Positions 50,740-64,000 of a stretch of DNA of 64,000 bases are shown here, piece by piece (within the stretch, counting starts at the first letter, position 1; every line of letters begins with the position of its first letter). A model generated the notes under the pieces. The model searched no databases, was not told the DNA's origin, and saw nothing but the letters and a program-made list of their open reading frames with translations. The position numbers were made by a program, and so were the translations under genes. The stretch spans positions 6,696,001 through 6,760,000 of the forward strand of contig OZ059900.1 of assembly GCA_964057225.1 (NCBI GenBank), given 5' to 3'. The stretch comes from Auanema rhodensis (lineage: Eukaryota; Animalia; Nematoda).

Positions 50740-53700
50740 CTGAAAATTAAAATTAAAAAGTTTTTAATAAAAAAAAGAAAAAATGAAAAGTTCACGAAGA
50801 AATAAGTTCAATATAGTAGTTTCTACTAATAGCACAGAAGTCATTCTGGTTCAGCTACACCCATAAACAAAAATTTCAAAACTAAACAACTAAAAATATT
50901 TTAAAATTAAAAAACAGAATATATTTTTCATTGATTATTATAGAGTAGACGAATAATAGAAAAGTCTGTTATTAAATGAAAGGTAGGTATTGATTTTAGT
51001 GAAAAACAAGAAGTCAGTTTAAATATTAAACATAATTCTATTTCTTATAGAATAGATGAACTTTTAGAAAAATACGCATAAAATACAGAAAAGAGAACAG
51101 AAGATTATACCAAGCAGGTGACACAATTCTTTTATTGAGGCAAGGTAACATAATGAGATAATGTGGAAAACAGTTTGATACACATTGAATATTAGTAAAT
51201 AGCACTTGTTTCAATTCAATTATTGTAGCAATAGCATAACATTCATTATTCTTTTTCGCATAACACATAAAAGCTTTCTGTTCGTAAGTTGCAAAAAAAT
51301 CAATAAATGAAGAGCTAAGAGCTAATAGGTGTGATTGAACGAACTAACGAAATCAGACCACCTGGATCAGAGAAGCGGCCATCTCGTGCAATGCTTAAGC
51401 GAGATTAAACGCTATCATTCATTGTCAGGGTTTGCTACTACTTTTAGCTGATATATGTATGCTGAAGAACACTTGCAACGTAATCCATATTACTAAGAAA
51501 ACTATGTGTTAGACTGAAAGTTACCGTTAAACAAAAGTAATATTGTTTCATTTCATCACGGATGTCACACCATACGTCTTCTTGTTTATAATGGAAGAGA
51601 TGAAAAAATGAGGGAAAGTAAACCAAAGACAGAAAGATAAAGACATTTAAAGAGAGTTTAGAATACAATGATCGCGAAGTTTTCCTAAAACTACTTGAGC
51701 TAAAAAAAATTTCGAAAAGACTACGGGAACTAAAATAAAGTTTATGATTTGGGAGAATCCAAAGCGCTTGCATTGTAAATATTCATGTTATAAACCGGCA
51801 AATTCTTCACCAGATGTTTAGTAGTAATGACAAAGAAAAACATAAAATGTTGAAAACAGAAAGAAAAATCAAGAGAATGTCAAAAAATTGCTAGATGATC
51901 AGAGAAATTGTTAATGAAATAGAATAGCTGAGAAGTTAATGTCTGGAGAAAATCAAGAGATACAGCTAAGAGATAGTGCGAACAAAACAGAGAGTGAAAA
52001 CCCGAAAGATGCAAAGAAAAAGAAATATTCGGCAGCAGATAGTGTAAAGGAAACGAAAGAGCAATGCACAAGTGCTTGATTGGACAACCCCAACTCACTA
52101 CCCTCCGCACTCTGTTCATCTCTTGATTCGAAGATTCCATTTTCTCGAAGCGTCTTTATATGCTTAAGGTGACATGAACAGGAAAAACTCGTCAAACAGT
52201 CGCAAGAAGAGTTAGAGAAGAACCGAGTACATTTTGACCACATAATTCATTGCATACATAGTATATGATTATTGTAGAAATATATATAAATCAAGAAACA
52301 TTTGAAAAAAAATACAACTATGAAATATTGAAGAGAATAAGAATAATATATCAGCTGAAAGTCGCTATATTATATGAACATAGCCAAAAGACTTGCCGAA
52401 TAAGGACGCTATCTAGGCATTATTACGGATTAGTCTGAGGTCTTTGTTATATTTGAATAATGATGATAATAGATAGATATGGGAAACATATTGAGAACCA
52501 AAAAAGGATAAAACAATCAATGAATGCATTATATTAGAGAGAGAATGATGATGAGAATGAGGTAATAGAACGGAAATCTCAACTGTGCAAATAGCATCTC
52601 ATATATTTTCTCTACGTACATTTACTTTTTAACTTATTAGAGATATCTCATACAAATGTAGTGCACTTCAGTTTTTTATCTTTTTCGATATTGAAAATAA
52701 CAAAAAAATTAAAAGAAAAGATAGAGAGAGAGATGAGACTCTTGATTTGCAGTATGTTGAAATAGCAAGAGAACGCAATAATGATGACATCTTTTCAGGC
52801 TACACTATAGGCTACATGCTAGAAACCGAAAGTATAACGAATGAAAGCATTTGTGAACAAACAAATATAAGTGACATGAACAAACAGTCGGTATATTTTA
52901 GTAAGATGGCTAAAATCAGATGTATAGCAAACATTTTGTTCAATTATATCAGAAAGTTACAACTAGAACCTTCTTTAATATTACTTGTAAACCTTTTGAA
53001 CTTTCCTACATTTCCCTCATTTTCCTGTGAACTGCTTTTAAAAATTAATTGTTAGCAAGTGATCGTCATTTCCGAATGTGCTTAACATGGGGATTAAAAA
53101 CTAGAGGTAAAGTCCAAATGACGGTACATATTTTTCTGTTTCAGCTAAGTACAACGCTCAATTATTTTTTTTTTCTGAATGACTTTAAGTTCGAAGTTCA
53201 ATTGTTATTAACATTCTAATATTAAATGCACAATGAAAAAGAAAACAATATGAATAATTTGCTTTTCAACTGGCCATATTTTTGACCTCACGTACTATAA
53301 CAGATTGTAGACCAAAAAAAAACAATTGAGTAATTGTTCCGACTTTGCTTACAAAAACATCCTCCTTCCCCCCCCCCACTCATTTTTCCGATCCCTGCCA
53401 ATATTTTCTAATAAATTGAAAAATTAGTGAAGAGCAATAACTTTCATTTATTAATTCACAAGATATCATTACATATTTATATGAAAACTATACAAACATG
53501 CTAATCATGAGAAATAAGTAAAAACATGTGAGTAATGAAAAGTATGTACTTTTCTATATTAATTACAACAGTTGTTTGATGCTAATAAGCTGAAAAGTTA
53601 TGATATTATTCAACATTGGCTCGTATCCATACTTCTTTTCTTATAAAATAATAATGCTAATGTTAGTGTTTGTACCATATTTCCAATAATATTTCATTAA

Positions 53701-55437
53701 ATAAATATATTAAACAGATATTGACTACATGATTTGAAAACAGAAGTAAATAGTTTTTGAAAAGGAAAAGATATTTTAGCCATTTTTTGATAACATTCCT
53801 GAATACCATTTACATTATTTTTCCTTTTTCGAGAAAAAAACTCAAAAAACTCAAAACTTTTTCATTCTCTAATTTTTTTGTTCTTCTGCAAAAAAAAGAT
53901 CAGAGTAATCTTGTTGAAGTTGCTAAAGAAAGCTTGTATTAAAGTGACAATTGTGATGGAAATCCTTCATATACACACTCTTTTTTAATTTTATTCAAGC
54001 TAATTATGCTTGGAAAGTGACAACTTTCCGAAACAGAATGTAACAGATTTGTCTATTCGAGCAGAAAATGCTGAGACTATATAATTTGAAATTTCCCAAA
54101 CATATCTCCCATTTTCTCTTTTACTTCAACATAAATGTTCTATGTTGACCATGCACCGTAACTACAGCTTTTTCTTTTTAATTATTATATACAATAATAT
54201 AATCGTTGTTCATTTGAAAATAGCATAAGAGAGAGAGAAAGAGAGAGGGAGAGAGAGAAAATGAAAAACAGAGATATGGGATAAGCAGAGAGAAAGAGAG
54301 AGAAAAAAATAGATTATAAATAAATAATAATTGTAAAAGGTTATTCAAATATAGGTTAAAAAACCATTTGTTCAAAAACCTATCTCTCTCTCTCTCTTTT
54401 TCTCTTCAAGTTTTTTTGCTTACTTATGCATATATAATATTTATATATATGTATATAGTATATATAATTCTTAATTAACGGTACATCTCAAAATGCGCAT
54501 ACATTCACGAATATGCATTATATATGAATAAATTAATCATCTGCTGCCCATCTTTCAAGCACTTGTAACAGTTCTATATAGGCTTGGCTTTTGATCTTCC
54601 AGCCTATTGTCTATCAATTTATACAGCTTTACCTTCTATATACCGTTCATTCCAACAAAAATGTTTTTGCTCTAATTTAAATTTTTACTGCTTTACTCAA
54701 GTGATATAGCATACGACAGACACAAAATAATTAATTACTATTCTGCTATACGAGAGAAAGCACAAATAAGAATGGCTTGCATAACAGTTCATAATAACAT
54801 ATGCAGTCCAATGAAATGCTATCATAGCTTATCTAAGCTTACTTTAGCAATTTTTTGTTCATTTAATTGATGTACTCTGCTAAATATATTTTGCTATCTT
54901 ACTTTCTTGTAAATTTCTAGCTTTGCCTCTCTTTTTCTCCTGCTTTCTTTCTCATTCTCTCAAGAGAGTGAATTACGACAAAAACGAAAGAGAAGCAGTT
55001 CTCAACGTGCCGCAGTTCAATCCTCACGTATGTTTTCAATCAAACAACGAAAAATATCGCATCTATACTGGAGAGCCGAACAAACCGGCACAAAACAGCA
55101 GGATGATAGAAGAGGGAGGAGCTAGAGTCCTGTCATTTTTCTATAAGCCTTTCACAAAACAAAAAAAATTTACTTATGCTCCTGCTTCTTACTCTGATAT
55201 GCTAGCTATTACCACTGTAGTATATTAGCAAGCATTATCATCAAAGATAAGCTCACACTAAGGTCACTCATCCTTACAGTACCTAATTCTCTCTAGATAT
55301 GTCTTCACATCATGTTACCTAATCTCTTTTTTCTCTTTTTCTCGTCTCGCTTTCAGATTTACATAAGATATGAATGTTTCTAGCTTACGTAACCTCATCA
55401 CAAGTCGTGTACAAGCTTTGAAAACAGTTCCACTATC

Positions 55438-58052
55438 ATGTTGTCCACAAAAACTTTGATTGCTCTACTTGTCGTTGTCGTTGTCATCTCAGATGCTCTT
55501 CCAAGGCAAGTTTTACTTTATATTGTCTGTTTGATAATGATGAGAGCCTGTCTCTATTATGCGATTTTTTCAAATTTTTAGTCACAGTTCTAAAAAAAAA
55601 ATCATAAAATTTGTTTTTCTCTTAAGCGTCAACCAAAATATCAAAACACTTAGTAAAATTATCTTAGCGCGCAGATTTTTGATTGAAAATTATGAAATCT
55701 ACACAAACGAAGCTTGTTCAACTCCAATCTTTCCAATCTCAATAAATTCTTTTTATCTTCCAAAAATAATTCATAAATCAAGGGGGACCAATTTAAATGC
55801 GATATGAATCTCCTATGCACATATTTATCTCTAAAAGAGATTATTGAGAAGAGGAAGATATACAATGACCGCTTCAGACTTAAACCTTGATCAAAAAATT
55901 TGAAAATGAACCGCAAATTCAGTAGAGTATATTAAAATGTGATGAGGCATGAGGTTGTTATGAAATTAGGCTTAAATGTGAATTTTACCACGAAACTGTT
56001 ACTCCTATTCATATACTCAAGCTATTTTATTTTTAAAAAGAAATTTAACAACAGCGTAATTTTGTTTTTTGGTTATATTTTTCCTTTATTATAAAACCCG
56101 AAAAAAATAAAAGGGGGAAAGAGAAAGAGAGAGAGAGAGATGGAGAGAAAGAGAGAGAGAAATTGAGAGAGAGATCAAAGAGAATGAAAGCAAACTGTTA
56201 TTTCCGAAAAGGATCGTTTCTTCATATTTTGCTTTCTCAGCATATATACACTTGGGGCCAAGAAATAATATATACTCATTCGATCAGTTCGTATAAACGT
56301 TCTATGAGTTTATTTATTTTGCAATTTTTCATCATACAAAAATGATCGCATGCCGGGTATGAAGTTTATTTGTTATTCAAAAAATTCAAAAAACTATCTC
56401 AAGCACTTGTTGCTTGATGTATTTATAGCGTATCATATACTAAAATGTTATAAATTATGTTAACCAAGATTTATTTGTAATTTTTAATTAACATAAGGCA
56501 TTTCTCCTTTATTGTTCAATTGTGAAAAACAGAGAATTTTATTCCGATGATATAGCACAATCCTAATTTGTCAATTTCATGAGAATCTAATTTCTTTTGA
56601 GATTAGGAATAATGAATAAAATGACAATAATACGTTAAGTGAAATATAAAATTAGAAAAAATAACTATGAAAGTAAATCAAATAATATTATAAAATAATT
56701 GATTTAAAATTTAAAATAAATATTAGTCCATTCAATATATTAAATTAAAAGTTGTAGGCATACTGATATGAGAAATATTAGCGCAAATAGGCATGCTGCT
56801 CATGTCGCTCACTGCCAATAATGATGCAACTGAGTCATATTGCGCTCTTTTTGAAGAATGTGAATGAAAATGTTGCAAAGAGCAAGAGTTGGCCCACTAA
56901 GAATGGGAAACGCGCCCCATTTCGCCATTGATGAAAATGCGCTCTTTTTCGATTTCCGCCAATTTCACAGAATCATGCTCCAATATACACAGCAGTATTC
57001 TAGACAGCTAGAGAAGGAGAGAGTAAGTGAAAAGAACTGGAAAAAAAGGAAGAAATGTGTACATGTGGCAGAGAATTGTGAACGCCGACAGCTAAACAAC
57101 GGACAACGTCGTCCACTAACTCGCTGGCTCATCAGTTCAGTGCGATTAATCTTCAGGCTTTCGATCGGTATTGCATACCCTCTCTTGTCAGACTATGGCA
57201 AGTATGTGAACTACTCTGCTTTGCTTTGTATATATATATATATATATATATGTATAATAAACTGCACAATTAAATATATAATATACTATATATATATAGT
57301 TAGACACGAGTTTCAAAATTATAAATAAATTCATTTTTAAACATGAAATTCCAAATAAATGACCAATGATTAAAGTGAAAATATAAACTTTTAAGAAAAA
57401 TAGCATATGAATTTGTGGAAAAACTCGTAAAAAAAAAGGTTCGACAAGTAAAAGTTGCGTTTGAAATGAGAATTCTTGCATTTTGAGACTTTTTTACTTC
57501 AGACACTGGTTCATTAGTTCAAAACGTAATGCATAGAGTCTGTGCCAACAAAGAGATTTATTAAATATTCATAACACGCCACCTAAAATTATAAAAAATA
57601 CAAAAAAAGAAGAGTTGAATTGTTTTCTTTGTTACGATTATCAATCATTTATGGGAAAAGAGCTCATGAACAAGCATTTTAAATTCTGAGATTCTGAATT
57701 GTATAATTAGATTTATATATAGTGTGATGCATATATTTTCAGATCTCGGCAAGATAAGAAGGCTATGAGAAACTCGTTGGTTCGCTTTGGTAAACGAGCG
57801 GAAGCTCAAGGATCTCCAAGAGATCTACTCGGTACGATTTAATTTGGAACAATTTCTTTTTTTTGTGAGCCTGCGCTCCCAAAATAAGCACATTTTGATT
57901 TTGCAAAAAGAAAAAAGTAATTGAGTTCAAAAGAAATGAAAATCAATAAACGGGAACAATCACAAATCTTCATAGGAATGCAACTTGATGGTTATGGTGA
58001 ATCGTTTGACAGAGGAAGTCTTGAATATCCATTACGACAAGAATGGCTTTAA
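55438..58052 (+). CDS. flp-32: FMRFamide-like neuropeptide precursor encoding AMRNSLVRFamide
   Basis: Exons 55438-55505, 57743-57831 and 57976-58052 give MLSTKTLIALLVVVVVISDALPRSRQDKK-AMRNSLVRF-GKRAEAQGSPRDLLGMQLDGYGESFDRGSLEYPLRQEWL* (77 aa). This has a signal peptide, dibasic KK/KR sites and an amide-donor Gly. AMRNSLVRFa is the known FLP-32 peptide. Confidence 0.9.
56121..56173. repeat. Imperfect (GA)n microsatellite in flp-32 intron 1
   Basis: gagaaagagagagagagagatggagagaaagagagagagaaattgagagagag. Confidence 0.8.
57229..57250. repeat. (TA)11 microsatellite
   Basis: Direct reading. Confidence 0.9.
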
Positions 58053-58956
58053 ATACCAGCAATTCATCAAGCTTAATACTGAATAATTGGATCTCTACCA
58101 TAAATTCTTGATATAGTTTTCATACTTTTTTTTGTGCTTTTTTTTACGAAATTCAGCTGTCTGGTTTTCAGAGCTACATTTTTGCAGCATGTCTGAATTG
58201 CATTAAAAGCGCTATGCTACTTCCCAACCTAATTTCCCTTTTTATTGTCAGAATACTATTCACATATATTATGCATTTTCAGAAGAATCAGTTAGCAATA
58301 AATCTGATCTTGTGTTATTCTATATACATATATTATATATTATTTTAATATGCTACATTTAATAATTTGTATCTGTCTGCAGTCTTTAGCTGATAGATTT
58401 TTACTTTGTTTGGTTTGTGCTATATTACTGTTTCTTGCAATATGCTTCTTCGTTTTGTCATTTTGTCTCCTATCTGCAAACATATGCGCATGTAGATGTG
58501 AGTATGTGTCAGTATGTGTAGGTGTAGCTATACGTTCAGCTCTACATAATTAAAACGAACACATCGAAACGTTTGGTAAATAACACTAATGACAGACTAC
58601 TAATTAACTCAACCAACTTGGCTGGCTTTAGCAAACCAATCTGTGTCAATGAAGTCTCTACATATTGTATTGTGTGAATATGCCGAATTCAGAAAATAAC
58701 TAAAATTTTATTCTATTTTCTGGAAGCACACAATTCAGGAGCAGAATTTACGAGAAAACTAAAGTAGCTACACAATTATTGAATAATAAGAAAAAACTTG
58801 AAGAACTACTACATATCGTTGATTGTGCTTTTGATTTTTTTTTAAACTCGAACAGGTAAATGCAAAATGAAGTTCATCTTGTAGTATGAAAAAAATTTCG
58901 ATTCACAGGGTATAGGCAGACTATCTATATGAGATTATTTCTTCAAACAGGTCAAG

Positions 58957-62422
<3,466 letters not shown>

Positions 62423-62428
62423 CTAAAG
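62423..62428 (-). promoter_or_regulatory. CTTTAG acceptor directly abutting the pfk ATG (trans-splice or 5'UTR intron acceptor)
   Basis: Minus strand reads AACTTTAG|ATG GAT GAA. Confidence 0.55.
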
Positions 62429-63110
62429 TTGAACAATATTTTGAGAAGCATTGAAACATTCAGTTTACACAATTGGCAAAGCAACGTAAAATCAAAGATT
62501 AAACCACCATCATTAAGATTATTCAAAATCGTTTCGCGGACAACTCTCAAGCCAGGGAACAAGATTGCCTTGCAATGCTTATATAAGATCAATGAATAAG
62601 TAATCTAATTCAAATCTCAAATACGTAGGATATCACGTTTTTGCAATTCCAATAGAATATGAAAATGAGAAAGATATATTAAGCAACAACAAAGAGAATC
62701 ATTGGGAAATGTATTGACATCAAAATATGGACGCAGCCTTCTCTATCGTGTCTTTTAAAAGTCTATTAAACGTAAAAGTGACAATGGTATCAGAATATTA
62801 AACCATGTGTAGGATATTAGTTTTCATTATTAATCACAGCAATATGATAGATCAATGATTTTTGAAACTTCACAGATATATAATAAACCATTAAAATATA
62901 TTAAAAGGTGTAAAAATAATAAAAAACTTGCTAACTTATCAGTATTATGATAAGAAATAAAAATAAGAAATCAAATATCGATAACAGGGATGAACAAATA
63001 TTACTTTTCAATAAAAACGTTGAAGTGCTCATAAAATCAAAAGAATGGCATACACTCTAGAGAAAACAAAAATCATTCAAATGCCTTGTCAGTACTTGGC
63101 ATCGAGCGCG

Positions 63111-63171
63111 AATGATGATAGACTGATACGATCCTTCTTTATATATAGGGGAAGGTAAAGGCGCGCGCGCC
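63111..63171 (-). promoter_or_regulatory. pfk core promoter: (GC)n palindrome, TATA box, initiator-like TCAGT/TCATT
   Basis: Minus strand has GGCGCGCGCGCC (63171-63160) and TATATATAAA (63147-63138), followed by TCAGTCTATCATCATT within ~20-35 nt of the TATA start. Confidence 0.6.
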
Positions 63172-64000
63172 ATAGCTTCGGATATTATACGCGAAAAAAT
63201 AATTTTTCTAAATTCAAAAAAGATGGGGATGCCTAATTAGAAAAGATATTTTTACTTCCGTTATTTACTGAGAAAAAGAAAAAAATAGTACATGTACTAC
63301 ACTATTAATGATTTGTGCTATCAAATCAGCGAAAGCTGTTTACAGACAAAAACTAGAATTGAAATTCTTAGAAATTATTTCAAAAAAATAAAACTTGACT
63401 ATCAAGTGACATGTTCTCGAAATCAATGAACTTGCTGGATGTGTTCAGAATTTATTTTATAGTTCAAAATATATTTTTTTCAGTTCTTTCATGAAGACAG
63501 TGATTGTAAAAAACAATTTAGAATGTATAAAAGTAATAATGTTGGCTGAATAATTGAAAACAGAAACTTTCTTGAGTATAGAATAAAACAAATGCGAAAG
63601 GGAAAATAGCAGTAGATCGTTGTGTAAGGCACCACTGGCGTGTTTTAGGCAAGAAACAACGAAAGAGAACAAGAGACCAATCGAGCTAGCAGAAGAAACA
63701 TGGAGAGTTAGACGTTAGTTCAAGTTGGTTATTGACTAAAGACAAGGGAAGAAGCGGTAGAGAGTGCGAGAGATAGAGATAAAAAGAGAATGGCATATAG
63801 AGAGGATGAGAGATAAGTTGAAAGGAATGAGAAACGGCTGCTAGGCTTTGGGCGAATACTACGTGCTATTTGCTAGAATTGAGAAATTCGCAGTTGTGCT
63901 GCTTTAGCAGTATGTCGATAAAGCTGAAGAAAATAAGCTTTGAACTAAACGGATTCAGCGTAGTTCTACGTGACATATGCTAAATATTGAGTTGTGGATA

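Noticed and set aside
55966-55974. TTAGGCTTA (1.5 telomere repeats; template-like on minus strand)
   Set aside because: Isolated 9-mer in unstructured AT-rich intron DNA; no tandem array or flanking structure.
56864-57328. 154-aa ORF upstream of the flp-32 peptide exon
   Set aside because: Lies within flp-32 intron 1, runs into a (TA)n repeat and lacks a signal peptide; only 57157-57201 has exon-like boundaries.
63716-63740. TAGTTCAAGTTGGTTA resembling a tRNA D arm
   Set aside because: No T-loop (GTTCRA) at correct spacing and no acceptor stem.

Overview
This is AT-rich eukaryotic genomic DNA from a rhabditid-type nematode. The evidence is many short (~40-60 nt) GT-AG introns, TTTCAG-type acceptors, unpaired acceptors just upstream of start codons (SL trans-splice-like) and C. 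elegans-like proteins. I could assemble seven intron-containing genes by hand: diacylglycerol kinase epsilon (dgk-2, -), RhoGDI (rhi-1, +), a TOM1-like VHS-GAT protein (-), protein disulfide isomerase (pdi-2, +, HTEL), acetyl-CoA carboxylase (pod-2-like, -), the FMRFamide-like neuropeptide precursor flp-32 (+, missed by the ORF track) and 6-phosphofructokinase (pfk-1.1-like, -). I saw no prokaryotic features, CRISPR array, rRNA, tRNA or intact transposon. The most interesting unexplained signals are non-coding. (1) A ~370-nt self-complementary element at 2.74-3.10 kb with telomerase-RNA-like layout: G-rich closing helix, U-tract, GCCTAAGC template-like 8-mer, then hairpin-H box-hairpin-ACA (speculative). 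(2) Nested long-range complementary blocks spanning the 2-kb first intron of rhi-1. (3) A distal 5' exon with a splice-created uORF about 9.6 kb upstream of ACC. (4) Two GC-AG introns and a possible cassette exon in flp-32. (5) A core-promoter motif shared by pdi-2 and pfk. All folding was done by eye, and orthologue names and chromosome positions are from memory and need checking.
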